Below are positions 9,938 through 20,540 of a stretch of 64,000 nucleotides of DNA, piece by piece. This stretch comes from an uncultured Gammaproteobacteria bacterium (lineage in GTDB: Bacteria > Pseudomonadota > Gammaproteobacteria > UBA9214), in contig CAWHCQ010000010.1 in NCBI GenBank assembly GCA_963827755.1, positions 1,999 through 65,998 on the forward strand. The letters run 5' to 3'. A model generated the notes under the pieces. That model was not told where the DNA came from and ran no database searches. It was given only the letters and a program-made list of their open reading frames with translations. The position numbers and the translations under genes were made by a program. Position 1 is the first letter of the stretch, and each line of letters begins with the position of its first letter.

Positions 9938-11680
9938 ATGCTGAAGCGCCAGTGGAACCAATGGCTGGATAATCTCGGGCTGCGCCTTTCCAGCCTGGAT
10001 GCGCTGCCACAACTTGCCATGCTTGCCATACCGGTCGGCCTGCTGTCCGCCGGCGTGATCATCGCTTTCCGCATGCTGGTGGAATCCTCCCAGGCCGCGC
10101 TGCTGCCGGGTGGCGACGTTGAAAACTACGAAGCACTGGCGCCAACGCTCAGGTTCCTGCTGCCCGCGGGCGGCGGACTGCTGATCGGGCTCGGCCTGCA
10201 ATACCTGCGCGATGAAACCCGCCAGACCGGCATTGTGCATGTCATGGAACGGCTCGCCTATCACCAGGGAAAACTTCCCCTGCGCAATGCCATCACACAA
10301 TTCCTCGGCGCGGCAATCAGTATTATCAGCGGGCACTCGGTCGGCCGCGAGGGCCCGAATGTGCACCTCGGCGCGACCAGCGGCAGCCTGCTGGGTCAAT
10401 GGCTGCGCCTGCCCAATAACAGCAACCGCACCCTTGCCGCCTGCGGTATTGCCGCGGCCATTGCGGCCTCGTTCAATACACCGCTGGCCGGTGTCATCTT
10501 CGCCATGGAAGTGGTCATGATGGAATATTCACTGGCGAGTTTTGCGCCGGTGATCCTCTCGGCCGTGATTGCCACGACGCTGACGCAGGCGGTATTCGGC
10601 AGTGGCACTGTCTTTACCATTCCCCCCACGCAGCTCGGCTCCCTGCTGGAGTTGCCGTATGTCACCCTGATGGGCATCGCCCTGGGCAGCCTGGCGGCGC
10701 TGTTCATTCACCTGTTGCAGCATTCCACCCGCCGCTCCTCCGGCTGGCCGATCTGGCTGCGCTGCAGCCTCGGCGGCAGCATCGTTGGCGGCATTGCACT
10801 GCTGGTGCCCGAGGTCATGGGGATTGGTTACGACACGGTCAACCAGGCGCTGCTCGGGCAGCTGGGCTTGTCCATGCTGCTGGCGATCACCGCGGCAAAG
10901 CTGCTGGCCACCGCACTCGGGCTGGGGCTGGGCCTGCCCGGCGGCCTGATCGGACCGATGCTGGTCAGCGGTGCGGTCGCGGGCGGCGCCATGGGCATCA
11001 TGGCCGACACCTGGCTGCCGGGAGACATTGCCTCGCCGGCCTTCTACGCCATGATCGGCATGGGCACCATGATGGGGGCGACCCTGCAGGCGCCGCTGGC
11101 CGCGCTCACCGCCATGCTGGAACTGACCGCCAATCCGCATATCATCCTGCCCGGCATGCTGGCGCTGATCGCGGGCGGACTGGTGAGCCGTGAAATCTTC
11201 GGCAAGGCCTCGGTTTACCTGGTGTTGATGCGCGTACAGGGCCTCGACTACAACGACACACCGCTCACCCAGACCCTGCGCCGCATCGGCGTGGCCAGTG
11301 TCATGGACCGCCAGCTTGAAACACTGCCGCAGACATGCAGCCGCGAACAGGTTAAAACCGCGCTGGCCAATGAACCGCGCTGGATCGTGATCCTGGAGGA
11401 CAGTTTACCGGTCAGCCTGATGCCGGCCGCCGACCTTGCGCGCCATCTCCAGGAACCGGGGACCGGGGAGGAATCGCCGGTCAACCTGCTGGAGATCCCG
11501 GCCACGCGGCTGGAGTTCAGTGACATCGACTTCCAGTCTACGCTGCAGGAGGCACTCGACAGATTGAATTCAACGGGCAGGGAAGCACTCTACGTTACCC
11601 GGCACGCCGTGCCCGGTATCAAGCGGATTCACGGGGTACTCACCCGCGAGATCATCGACCGGAGTTACCGCCTGCGCTAG
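9938..11680 (+). CDS. ClC family chloride channel/antiporter with C-terminal CBS domains
   Basis: 580 aa; multi-TM; GREGPNVHLGA and GLPGGLIGPML selectivity-filter-like motifs. Confidence 0.88.
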   Translation: MLKRQWNQWLDNLGLRLSSLDALPQLAMLAIPVGLLSAGVIIAFRMLVESSQAALLPGGDVENYEALAPTLRFLLPAGGGLLIGLGLQYLRDETRQTGIVHVMERLAYHQGKLPLRNAITQFLGAAISIISGHSVGREGPNVHLGATSGSLLGQWLRLPNNSNRTLAACGIAAAIAASFNTPLAGVIFAMEVVMMEYSLASFAPVILSAVIATTLTQAVFGSGTVFTIPPTQLGSLLELPYVTLMGIALGSLAALFIHLLQHSTRRSSGWPIWLRCSLGGSIVGGIALLVPEVMGIGYDTVNQALLGQLGLSMLLAITAAKLLATALGLGLGLPGGLIGPMLVSGAVAGGAMGIMADTWLPGDIASPAFYAMIGMGTMMGATLQAPLAALTAMLELTANPHIILPGMLALIAGGLVSREIFGKASVYLVLMRVQGLDYNDTPLTQTLRRIGVASVMDRQLETLPQTCSREQVKTALANEPRWIVILEDSLPVSLMPAADLARHLQEPGTGEESPVNLLEIPATRLEFSDIDFQSTLQEALDRLNSTGREALYVTRHAVPGIKRIHGVLTREIIDRSYRLR

Positions 11681-11690
11681 TTCGACGGCT

Positions 11691-12155
11691 CTACTGGTCT
11701 GTGCCGGGCATGGCCGCGGGTTGCGGAAGATCACCGGCGCCATTGATGGAAACCACCGCGCCACCGCGGCTGACGTTGCAGTTGAAGCTGTATTCACGCG
11801 ACTCACCGCCCGCATCCAGCAGGGTGTACTCGACATCGCCCACATAATAGCCGGCGCTGGTCTCCTCGGCCTTGCCGTTATCCGTCAAACGCGCAAAACC
11901 GGGATTGCCGGTCGCGGCCAGCGCTGCCTTGCGACAGGCCTCGGCCGCGTTCCATTTCTCGGCATCCAGCAAACGATCCACCCAGCTCGAAAATGCCGGT
12001 ATTTCCTCGCGCGCAATGAATGCCGCAACCACTGCGAATATCAGCAGGGGAACGAGCTTTCTCATGCGCTGGCTGTGTTCACGCTCACGCCGCAAGGCGC
12101 CTTCCGAGCGCAAACTGTCCGTGACGGGCGTGGACTTTTTTCCGTTTTTCACCAT
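11691..12155 (-). CDS. hypothetical membrane-anchored protein
   Basis: 154-aa ORF with a single TM (LVPLLIFAVVAAFIA). I recognise no family. Confidence 0.4.
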   Translation of the reverse strand: MVKNGKKSTPVTDSLRSEGALRREREHSQRMRKLVPLLIFAVVAAFIAREEIPAFSSWVDRLLDAEKWNAAEACRKAALAATGNPGFARLTDNGKAEETSAGYYVGDVEYTLLDAGGESREYSFNCNVSRGGAVVSINGAGDLPQPAAMPGTDQ

Positions 12156-12237
12156 GATTGATCCTCAACACTGCCAGTAAAATATATCACAGCTTCCGCA
12201 GGAGCCGCCTGAAGGATACGGGTCGCCGGCAAGCAGC

Positions 12238-12274
12238 GTAGTCCGGATGCAGGTCCGCAGGACCGGAATCCGGG
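12238..12274. repeat. REP-like palindrome, class B
   Basis: GTAGTCCGGATGCAGGTCCGCAGGACCGGAATCCGGG, with nested stems CCGGAT/ATCCGG and GGTCC/GGACC. Confidence 0.6.
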
Positions 12275-12311
12275 TTGGTCGGGTATTCAGGCCGGGATCT
12301 TCAAGGATATG

Positions 12312-13418
12312 TCAGACGTCCTGGCCCTCGACAAGCGACGGGGTTACCAGGCCCTCGACCTCGATCGTCACGTGATGCACCTGCGGTACCCGTGACCTGA
12401 TGGCGGCCGCCAGTTCGTCGATAACGCTCTCGGTCCGCTCCAGGGTGGCCTGCGCGGCGGCACGGTTACGGCAATACTCCTGCACCTTTGCGTCACCGCG
12501 CCGCGCCGCAGACAACGGCGCCAGGTATTCACGCTCGTAGGCCTCGATGGTGACCTGCAGGCCGGCGACGATGGCCTCTTCACGCAATTCAATTTCCGCA
12601 ACCAGCACGGTGTGCATGTCGTCGATAACGATCGAGCGTAAATCATGATAGCGCTCGACTTCGCGGTGTTCTGCAACCACCTGAACAAATGCGGCCTCCG
12701 CCGCCTTGTCGCGCACATCGGTCAGGAAGCGCATGTTGACCGCGCCGAGAAAAAAGGCGGTGAAACCGAGCAGCAGGGCAATGATCGAGGAGAAGGCAAC
12801 GTCCCAGGCGGGATTGCCGGTAAACGTCGCAAGCGCGATGCCCGTCATCGCAACGACCACGCCGAGCGTTGCGACTGTATCCTCGAGGACAATGGCCACC
12901 AGCGTCGGATCATTCGAGTTGAGCAGCGCGCGAACCGGGTTCGACTCACCGGCCTGGCGCATGCGCCTCCTGAACTCGGACACGGCTACACCCAGTGAAT
13001 AACCATCCAGCAGCAGTGCAACAAACAGGACAACGGCTGAAATCCACACGGGGGCAATACTCATGCCGAATATTTCGACCAGCGACTGCGGCTGCTGATT
13101 TCCCATGATTTTCCACGAATGCCAGGCATGCGCCAGGCCCAGGCCGCAGCCGATCGAAAACAGGCCAATGGCACTCCACAGGTTCCACAGGTATTTTTTC
13201 TGGCCATGCCCGAAGGCATAGTCCGCATCCGCCGGCTGCCTTGCCGCATTCAGGCCGAACAGCAGGAATGCCTGGTTGAGACTGTCCATCAGGCTGTGAA
13301 TGGCCTCGTTCATCATCGAGGCCGAATGGGACAATACCGCCGCGATGAACTTGAAGATCGTCAGCAGCGAATTGACGAACAATGCCGTGACAACCGCTTT
13401 TCTCGAAGCGTGCGCCAT
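12312..13418 (-). CDS. cation diffusion facilitator family transporter
   Basis: 368 aa; N-terminal ALFVNSLLTIFKFIAAVLSHSASMMNEAIHSLMD; six predicted TM helices plus a cytoplasmic domain. Confidence 0.8.
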   Translation of the reverse strand: MAHASRKAVVTALFVNSLLTIFKFIAAVLSHSASMMNEAIHSLMDSLNQAFLLFGLNAARQPADADYAFGHGQKKYLWNLWSAIGLFSIGCGLGLAHAWHSWKIMGNQQPQSLVEIFGMSIAPVWISAVVLFVALLLDGYSLGVAVSEFRRRMRQAGESNPVRALLNSNDPTLVAIVLEDTVATLGVVVAMTGIALATFTGNPAWDVAFSSIIALLLGFTAFFLGAVNMRFLTDVRDKAAEAAFVQVVAEHREVERYHDLRSIVIDDMHTVLVAEIELREEAIVAGLQVTIEAYEREYLAPLSAARRGDAKVQEYCRNRAAAQATLERTESVIDELAAAIRSRVPQVHHVTIEVEGLVTPSLVEGQDV

Positions 13419-13469
13419 CGTCAGAGCCGCACGCCGGCGATGCGCACTGTGTACGGGGTTATAACAGGC

Positions 13470-13944
13470 TTACTTGTAGCGCGTATCATTGAACTCTATC
13501 CAGCCACCGGCACGATTGTTTTGCGGATCATGGTGCGTCCAGTGAATCACACCGCCGCGGTCATTCCATTCATAGCGGCCCTTCAGTTTTATGCTGTCGT
13601 TCTTCTGCAGAGGAATGCGCTTTGCAAGATCGATGTTATGCGCCACCATCACGGTGTGCCCGCTGTCGAGCGTCGAGGATAAAACGCTGGTGCCGGCTGC
13701 CCTCATTATCATCGGACAGCAGGCGCGAGACACGCCCCGGCACCTCGACCCAGACCTTCGAACGCTGCTCCGCATAGGCCTGCTCGATGACGCCGGCCTG
13801 CTTGCCGGTCGTTTCCACGGCATCCGCTTGAAACCCGGCTGTTTCGGTTGCCGTATCCTGGTGTTGCGTATAGTACTGGTAGGCAAGCAGTCCGAGCACT
13901 ACCAAAAGCGGCAGCAGTTTGTTTTTAATGAACGCGCGATTCAT
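13470..13944 (-). pseudogene. DUF3465-like periplasmic protein, one frameshift
   Basis: N-terminal part in ORF 13636..13944 (signal peptide, ...DDNEGSRHQRFIL). C-terminal part in ORF 13470..13886 (HNIDLAKRIPLQKNDSIKLKGRYEWNDRGGVIHWTHHDP). Confidence 0.6.
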
Positions 13945-13977
13945 ACCAGATCCTTGCAGATAAAAAGAAAGTGACGG

Positions 13978-15450
13978 CTAACCCTTCAGAATTGATCCGA
14001 GTATGCCGCGGGTAATCTGCCGGCCCAGGGAACTGCCGACCGAGCGCACCACGCTCTTGATCATGGCCTCTATGACCCCCTGGCGATTGCTTTTCCTGGC
14101 CGCGGGTTTTTTGGCGGCCTTTTCCGCAGCCGCGGTCTCTTTTGCATCGGCCTCCGCAACGACGGCCTTCTCAGCCCGCTCCTTGAGTGATTCATAGGCC
14201 GACTTGCGATCGATTGCCTCGGCATAACGCCGGCCGAGCATGCTTGCCTCGATGATCGCGTTACACTCCGCCGGGGTTGCAGGACCCAGCCTGGAGGACG
14301 GCGGCCGTATCAGGGTGCGCTCGACCATGTCCGGAACACCCTTGCGACCGAGCATCGACACCAGCGCTTCACCCACCCCGAGTTCCTTGATTGCTGCGAC
14401 CGCATCAAAGGCCGGGTTGGCACGAAAGGTATCGGCAGCGGCACGCACGGCCTTCTGGTCACGCGGTGTAAAGGCACGCAGCGCATGCTGAATCCGGTTA
14501 CCCAGCTGACCGAGCACGGAGTCGGGAATATCCAGCGGATTCTGGGTCACGAAATACACACCCACACCTTTTGAACGGATCAGCCGAACCACCTGCTCGA
14601 CCTTTTTAACCAGGGCCCTGGGTGCATCGTCGAACAACAGATGCGCCTCGTCGAAAAAGAAGACCAGCCGCGGCTTGTCCGGATCACCAACCTCGGGCAA
14701 TTCTTCAAACAGTTCGGATAACAGCCACAACAGGAAGGTTGCGTACAATTTCGGGTACTGCATCAGGGTATCGGCAGCGAGGATATTGATATTGCCATAG
14801 CCACCGGCGCCGGTGCGCATGAAGTCGAACAGATCGAGCGCCGGCTCGCCCAGAAACTCCTCGGCACCCTCCTCCTCCAGCACCAGCAGGCGCCGCTGTA
14901 TGGCGCCAACCGAGGCACTGGCGATATTGCCGTATTCCAGCTTCAACGCTTTTGCATTTTCACCCGCAAACGCCAGCAGCGCGCGCAGGTCTTTCAGGTC
15001 AAGCAGTAACAGGCCCTGGTCGTCCGCCATTTTGAAAACGGCATAGAGGACGCCCTCCTGGGTTTCATTCAGACCCAGCAACCGTGCCAGTAACAACGGC
15101 CCCATTTCCGATACCGTGGTGCGCACGCGGTGGCCTTTCTTGCCGAACAGGTCCCAGAAAACAACCGGAAAACTCTCCAGCACATAGTCATCGAGCCCGA
15201 TCTTCTCGGCGCGTTCCTTCAGCTTCGGATGTTCCGTGCCGGCCTGGCTGATGCCGGACAAGTCACCCTTCACATCGGCCATGAAGACCGGCACGCCAAG
15301 GCGCGAAAAACCCTCGGCAAGGATCTGCAGCGATACCGTCTTGCCGGTACCGGTTGCACCCGCTATCAAGCCATGCCGGTTGGCAAGCTTTGGCTGCAGG
15401 TACATCGGTTTTGTACCCTTGCCGACAAATATACCCTGTTCATCACTCAT
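13978..15450 (-). CDS. HerA-like P-loop ATPase (DUF853/YjgR family)
   Basis: 490 aa; Walker [11 protein letters not shown]; Walker B-like [12 protein letters not shown]; basic C-terminal tail. Confidence 0.8.
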   Translation of the reverse strand: MSDEQGIFVGKGTKPMYLQPKLANRHGLIAGATGTGKTVSLQILAEGFSRLGVPVFMADVKGDLSGISQAGTEHPKLKERAEKIGLDDYVLESFPVVFWDLFGKKGHRVRTTVSEMGPLLLARLLGLNETQEGVLYAVFKMADDQGLLLLDLKDLRALLAFAGENAKALKLEYGNIASASVGAIQRRLLVLEEEGAEEFLGEPALDLFDFMRTGAGGYGNINILAADTLMQYPKLYATFLLWLLSELFEELPEVGDPDKPRLVFFFDEAHLLFDDAPRALVKKVEQVVRLIRSKGVGVYFVTQNPLDIPDSVLGQLGNRIQHALRAFTPRDQKAVRAAADTFRANPAFDAVAAIKELGVGEALVSMLGRKGVPDMVERTLIRPPSSRLGPATPAECNAIIEASMLGRRYAEAIDRKSAYESLKERAEKAVVAEADAKETAAAEKAAKKPAARKSNRQGVIEAMIKSVVRSVGSSLGRQITRGILGSILKG

Positions 15451-15470
15451 TGGATGCGCTCCTCCTGTTT

Positions 15471-15677
15471 TCAGGCCAGCCCGGTTGCATCCGGGAAATG
15501 ACCAAGCTTGTCCACCGTACGTGCATATTCATTGCCAAGCTCTTTCAACTCGCCCAGCTCCAGCATGGACGGCGGCTGCCCGGAGGCCTTGATGGCTCTC
15601 TGTATGGTCTGCATGCGCTCTATAATCTGTTCAAGACGTTGCTGTGCATTTTCTGCTTTCAAACGGCTACCCTCCAT
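15471..15677 (-). CDS. small coiled-coil protein of unknown function
   Basis: 68-aa ORF abutting the galT-like stop and lying 20 nt upstream of the DUF853 start. Helical heptad composition. Confidence 0.45.
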   Translation of the reverse strand: MEGSRLKAENAQQRLEQIIERMQTIQRAIKASGQPPSMLELGELKELGNEYARTVDKLGHFPDATGLA

Positions 15678-16760
15678 TTATATGGCATCACGCAGCCGGG
15701 CAGCTGCATCTTCCGGACTGATGGTTGTAACAAACAGGCCGGAACCCAGCTCAAACCCGGAAGGAATAGTGGTCCTCGGGCAAATTTCCATGTGCCAGTG
15801 ATAACTCGCATCACAGTCGCTGAATTCGTCGCAACGCGGCACCGTGTGAAAATAATAATTGTATTGTGCACCGCTCAATACCTTGTCGAGACGCTGCATG
15901 GTGCGCTTCAACAGGATTGACAGGTCTGCAAGGTCTTCCGCCGTTGCCTTCATGAAACTGCTCTGGTGCTGAACGGGCAGGATATGCACTTCCCATTCAT
16001 AACGACTCGCAAACGGCTTGATGGCGATAAACCGTTCGCTGCGCTCGATCACGTACTGGCCGACATCCACCTTGCGCCTTATCTCGCCGGACTCGCGATT
16101 GTAGATGGTCGCCTCGAAAGTCAATGCCTCGTCAATCAGGCTGCAGAAAATACACTGGTGGTATTTACGGTAATACCTGCGGCTGCTCTCGACTTCATTG
16201 TAAACATTTTCGGGAATGATCGGCATGGCGATCAGCTGGCTGTGGGTATGCTTGATGCTGGCACCGGCTGCCGGGCCGAAATTCTTGAACACCAGCACGT
16301 ACCTGATGCGTTCATCTGCGGCAAACAATTCTTCCATGCGCTGCCTGTACAGCCCGAGCAGCATGCCGATATGCTGCTGCGACATTTCGTGCACCTCGAT
16401 GCCGTGCCGGTGATGGTCAATAATCACCTCGTGGTGACCATAGCCGTCCATGACCTGCTGCAGGCCGATACTGATATTGCCCTGGTCGCTCTCGGTACCC
16501 AGCACCGGGAACAGGTTCTGCACGACGCGGATGCTCCAGTCGTCCGCGTCCGGCAGGGCCATGATCGTCGGCGGGGTCTTGTCCTCGTTGCCCTTGCAGA
16601 AAGGGCAGCTGTCCACATGCTCGCGGGAATCATGCGCAACACGCGCCTCTTCCTTTTGCGGGCGCAGGCTCCGCTCTGATGCAACCAGCACAGACTCGGA
16701 AGGAATGATCGGATTGATGCGGATTTCCCGCACCACTTTTTCAGTCGTCACTTTATTCAT
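15678..16760 (-). CDS. GalT-family (HIT superfamily) nucleotidyltransferase, galactose-1-phosphate uridylyltransferase-like
   Basis: Zn site CPFCKGNE; catalytic IKHTHSQLIAMP; second-half YHWHMEICPR. Start chosen at ATG 16760 (MNKVTTEK...); the ORF is open to 16841. Confidence 0.75.
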   Translation of the reverse strand: MNKVTTEKVVREIRINPIIPSESVLVASERSLRPQKEEARVAHDSREHVDSCPFCKGNEDKTPPTIMALPDADDWSIRVVQNLFPVLGTESDQGNISIGLQQVMDGYGHHEVIIDHHRHGIEVHEMSQQHIGMLLGLYRQRMEELFAADERIRYVLVFKNFGPAAGASIKHTHSQLIAMPIIPENVYNEVESSRRYYRKYHQCIFCSLIDEALTFEATIYNRESGEIRRKVDVGQYVIERSERFIAIKPFASRYEWEVHILPVQHQSSFMKATAEDLADLSILLKRTMQRLDKVLSGAQYNYYFHTVPRCDEFSDCDASYHWHMEICPRTTIPSGFELGSGLFVTTISPEDAAARLRDAI

Positions 16761-16996
16761 TGAATCTCGGTCAAAAACAGCCGGATAGAGCGGCTTTTTT
16801 TCGAATTTACCAGGGGCAAGCATACCGGACGCGGCTCGCAACAGGCGCCAGCCAGCGGTGACGATACACTAACGCTTGATCACAGGGCAATGACACTGTT
16901 TAATCTGCCGCTCAGGCTGGAAGGGATATTTGCCGCGGTGGCACATATCCGGTTTTCAACAGGGGCCGGGAAAGGCCCGTCAAACGGAGGCAATAC

Positions 16997-17404
16997 ATGA
17001 GTTATAAAATCGAGGAAATCGAAGGGATCGGACCGGCCTACGGCGAAAAACTGGCCGTAGCAAATATCAAGACAACGGATGACCTGCTGAAGCAATGCTG
17101 TGACGCAAAGGGACGCAAGGGTACGGCCGAAACCACGGGGTTCAGCGAGGGACAACTTCTGAAATGGGCCAACATGGCAGACCTGATGCGCATCTCCGGT
17201 GTGGGCGGGGAATATTCCGAATTACTGAAAGCCTCCGGTGTCGATACGATCAAGGAGTTGCGTAACCGCAACGCGGAAAACCTCGCCGCCAAGATGGCGG
17301 AGGTCAATGCAAGCAAAAAGCTGACCCGTACCGTACCGTCGGAAAAGGTCGTCTCCGGCTGGGTCGAGAAGGCCAAGTCACTTGATCCGCTGATTACCCA
17401 CTAG
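16997..17404 (+). CDS. DUF4332 domain-containing protein
   Basis: 135 aa; IEEIEGIGPAYGEKLAVANIKTTDDLL and a second helix-hairpin-helix-like copy ISGVGGEYSELLKASGVDT. Confidence 0.7.
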   Translation: MSYKIEEIEGIGPAYGEKLAVANIKTTDDLLKQCCDAKGRKGTAETTGFSEGQLLKWANMADLMRISGVGGEYSELLKASGVDTIKELRNRNAENLAAKMAEVNASKKLTRTVPSEKVVSGWVEKAKSLDPLITH

Positions 17405-17422
17405 GGCCTCTTGTTGCAAGCC

Positions 17423-17455
17423 AAAAAAAAGGGCTGCATCATGCAGCCCTTTTTC
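17423..17455. terminator. bidirectional intrinsic terminator between convergent genes
   Basis: AAAAAAAA-GGGCTGCAT-C-ATGCAGCCC-TTTTT: a perfect 9-bp stem flanked by an A-run and a T-run. Confidence 0.75.
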
Positions 17456-17469
17456 ATGGTCACAGGAAA

Positions 17470-18123
17470 CTACCTGCTTTGGCTGACCATATACTGAACA
17501 GCCGCTTTCACGTCATCATTCGAACAGCTGGCACAGGCACCTTTTGGCGGCATGATGCCCTTGCCATTGATGGAACTGGCATATAACGCGTCCATGCCCG
17601 TGGCAATACGCGGCGCCCATGCAGCCTTGTCGCCCAGCTTGGGGGAGCCGGCTACACCCATTGCATGACAGGACTGGCAGCTTTTCTGATAGACCTGCTG
17701 CCCGGCTGCGCCGCCATCTGACATTTCAGCTTCACTTTCCATGTCATTGTCGCCTTCATCCGCGTCATCTGACATATCAGTCACTGCCTCGGTCGCATCT
17801 GACACCATCTCTTTGGCGCCACTCATCGCGCTGCTCGCCGTAGCGACAACTGCAGTCTTGGCTTCTGACGCCATCTCGCTTGCACCCTTCATCGCATCAC
17901 TTGCCGCATCACCAACCGAGCTGCTTGCATCGGAAGCCATCTCGCTGGTCTTGTCCATTGCTTCGCTGGCCGCACCCTTGATGTCACTCATGGCAGTTTT
18001 AGTCGATTCCTTTGCTTTCTCAAGCATGGAGGATTCGGTCTTGCCGGAGGCTGCATCGTCCTTGTCGCTGCAACCGCCAACAAGCAAGGCTGCAACAACA
18101 GCTACAAATAACATTTTGTTCAT
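17470..18123 (-). CDS. cytochrome c5-family lipoprotein with a low-complexity Ala/Ser/Asp-rich linker
   Basis: Start at ATG 18123 (MNKMLFVAVVAALLVGGCSD) preceded by AAAGGAA. Heme site CQSCHAMG. C-terminal GIMPPKGACASCSNDDVKAAVQYM. Confidence 0.8.
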   Translation of the reverse strand: MNKMLFVAVVAALLVGGCSDKDDAASGKTESSMLEKAKESTKTAMSDIKGAASEAMDKTSEMASDASSSVGDAASDAMKGASEMASEAKTAVVATASSAMSGAKEMVSDATEAVTDMSDDADEGDNDMESEAEMSDGGAAGQQVYQKSCQSCHAMGVAGSPKLGDKAAWAPRIATGMDALYASSINGKGIMPPKGACASCSNDDVKAAVQYMVSQSR

Positions 18124-18166
18124 AAATTTATTCCTTTGAGTATTAACGGTAAATGGATAATTGCAA

Positions 18167-18598
18167 TTAATCGACTTCTGATGTACAAAACTTGCAACGC
18201 TTCGCAGCAATCGGAATATCCGAAATGCACTGCGGGCAGGACTTGGTATTCGGCTCCTTCGGTGGTTCTTCTTTCTTCATCTTGTTCATTGCCTTGATGA
18301 CCATGAAGATCGCAAACGCGACAATCAGAAAGTCCAGTACGGTATTGATAAACACACCGTAGTTGATGGTTGCGGCACCGGCTTCCTGTGCAGCCGCCAG
18401 TGACGCATAGCTGCCTTCACTCAGATTGATATACAGGTTGCTGAAATCAACGCCACCCATCAACTTGCCAAGTGGCGGCATCAATACATCTTTGACAAAC
18501 GAGCTGACGATCTTGCCGAATGCGGCACCGATAACGATACCAACGGCCATATCGACCACGTTGCCGCGCATGGCAAATTTCTTGAATTCTTCCAACAT
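18167..18598 (-). CDS. mscL: large-conductance mechanosensitive channel with a C-terminal CxxC...CxxC tail
   Basis: [44 protein letters not shown]. The tail is [22 protein letters not shown]. Confidence 0.9.
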   Translation of the reverse strand: MLEEFKKFAMRGNVVDMAVGIVIGAAFGKIVSSFVKDVLMPPLGKLMGGVDFSNLYINLSEGSYASLAAAQEAGAATINYGVFINTVLDFLIVAFAIFMVIKAMNKMKKEEPPKEPNTKSCPQCISDIPIAAKRCKFCTSEVD

Positions 18599-18841
18599 GT
18601 GACTCTCCCGGGGAGGTTAATAAACAGGGGCTGTATTAGACAGTATCTGCAGCCTGCCTGTAAATACGCGTGACAGCGCCGAAGATGGCACATTAAATAC
18701 ATATTAAATCAATCATACTTATATGCTTACGGCGTGGCGAGGCCGAATACATAAAACGCTCGAAATACACGCGCGACTGCAGGAATGGTTAGAATTACAG
18801 GCAACCAGGGCAGGCGCAGACACATCAGCTGACGAGGAGCG

Positions 18842-19486
18842 ATGGACATCACCCAGACAATTGCACTGACCATGGGCGTGGCCTGGGCCAGCGGCATCAA
18901 CCTGTATGCCGCCCTGTTCATGCTTGGCTGGATGAGCAGCAGCGGCAACATCGAATTGCCCCCTGACCTGCAAATACTCTCGAACCCGATGGTCATGCTC
19001 GCAGCCGGTGTTATGTATTGTGTCGAATTCTTCGCCGACAAGATTCCCGGCGTCGACACCGGCTGGGACGCCATCCATACCTTTATACGGATACCCGCCG
19101 GGGCAATACTTGCCGCAGCCGCGATTGGAGACGTTGGCGCCGGGGCACAACTCGCCGCCGGCATCGCCGGGGGTACCCTGGCGACCGGCAGCCACCTCAC
19201 CAAGGCGGGGTCGCGGGTACTGATCAATACCTCCCCTGAACCGGTCAGCAACTGGTTCACATCTGTCGGTGAAGACGTGATGGTAATCCTCGGCCTGTGG
19301 ACGGCACTCTATAACCCGGTGCTATTCCTGGTCCTGCTGGTCGTGTTTATCCTGCTGATGATCTGGCTGTTACCGAAATTATGGCGCAGCATAAAAAAAG
19401 TGTTCGCATTTCTCGGCAAATATTTTGGCGACAAAAGAAATGAAGAATCAATGACGAAACTTTCTGACATGAAACCGAAAGAATGA
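18842..19486 (+). CDS. DUF4126-like integral membrane protein
   Basis: 214 aa; multi-TM; N-terminal ALTMGVAWASGINLYAALFMLG. Confidence 0.6.
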   Translation: MDITQTIALTMGVAWASGINLYAALFMLGWMSSSGNIELPPDLQILSNPMVMLAAGVMYCVEFFADKIPGVDTGWDAIHTFIRIPAGAILAAAAIGDVGAGAQLAAGIAGGTLATGSHLTKAGSRVLINTSPEPVSNWFTSVGEDVMVILGLWTALYNPVLFLVLLVVFILLMIWLLPKLWRSIKKVFAFLGKYFGDKRNEESMTKLSDMKPKE

Positions 19487-20022
19487 AAACCAGGAAAACA
19501 TTTTTCAGCCTGCTTGCAGTTGCATTGCTCGGCCTGTTCGCCTGGGCCTGGCTTGCGCCCGCAGGACCGGGGAACAGTCCGGATATTTCACTGGTGACAG
19601 TTGACGGTGAACGGCTGTCACTGGCAGATTTCAGAGGCAGGCCGATACTGCTTGCATTCTGGGCCACCACCTGCCGTGTCTGCCTCAGGGAAATGCCGCA
19701 CCTGATCGAGCTGTATAATGAACTCTCGCCACAGGGCCTGGAAATCATCGCCATTGCCATGCGCCATGACAAGCCCAGCCATGTACTCTCCATGCGCAAG
19801 GCACGCAGCATCCCCTATCCCGTCGCAATGGACATCGACGGGGCCGCGGCACGGGCCTTCGGCAATGTCCGGCTGACACCGACATCCTTCCTGATTGCAC
19901 CGGACGGGCGTATCGTTTTACGCAGAACCGGCGCACTGGATATGGTGAAATTACGAAAAAACATCCACAATATGCTGCAACAGGCCGGCACCAGCCGGCT
20001 CTTTGCAGCTGACGAATCATAG
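19483..20022 (+). CDS. TlpA-family periplasmic thiol:disulfide oxidoreductase
   Basis: 179 aa; signal peptide; thioredoxin-fold motif FWATTCRVC. The start overlaps the upstream stop (ATGA). Confidence 0.75.
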   Translation: MKTRKTFFSLLAVALLGLFAWAWLAPAGPGNSPDISLVTVDGERLSLADFRGRPILLAFWATTCRVCLREMPHLIELYNELSPQGLEIIAIAMRHDKPSHVLSMRKARSIPYPVAMDIDGAAARAFGNVRLTPTSFLIAPDGRIVLRRTGALDMVKLRKNIHNMLQQAGTSRLFAADES

Positions 20023-20036
20023 GAAACCTGCACACC

Positions 20037-20459
20037 ATGCTCTGGATCAAGGCCCTGCATATCATTTTCATGGTGACCTGGTTCGCCGGCCTGTTCTATT
20101 TGCCACGCCTGTATGTCTATCATGCCGACTGTCATGACGAAACCGGACATGCGCGGTTCCTGGTCATGGAACGCAAGCTTTTCATCATCATGACGATCGG
20201 TGCGATTCTGACAGCCGTGTTCGGTGGCTGGCTGCTGCTGGAGTATGCCTGGAGCGCCTACCGTGATACCGCCTGGCTGAACGCCAAACTGCTGCTGGTC
20301 GGACTGCTGATCGCGTTTCATTTCTACTGCTGGATGATCAACAGGGAATTCCGCACCGGAACTGCCACACACAGTCATGTCTTTTACCGCTGGATCAACG
20401 AGATCCCGTCCCTGCTGCTGGTCGCGATCGTGCTGCTGACCGTTGTCAAACCCGCCTGA
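20037..20459 (+). CDS. hemJ: protoporphyrinogen oxidase HemJ
   Basis: 140 aa; MLWIKALHIIFMVTWFAGLFYLPRLYVYH. Confidence 0.8.
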   Translation: MLWIKALHIIFMVTWFAGLFYLPRLYVYHADCHDETGHARFLVMERKLFIIMTIGAILTAVFGGWLLLEYAWSAYRDTAWLNAKLLLVGLLIAFHFYCWMINREFRTGTATHSHVFYRWINEIPSLLLVAIVLLTVVKPA

Positions 20460-20540
20460 TTGTTGCGGGAAATGCAGCCAACAACCCGGCGATCAGGGTA
20501 TAATCAGGCCGTAACAGACACCCTCCAGAGGAAAAGCCGG

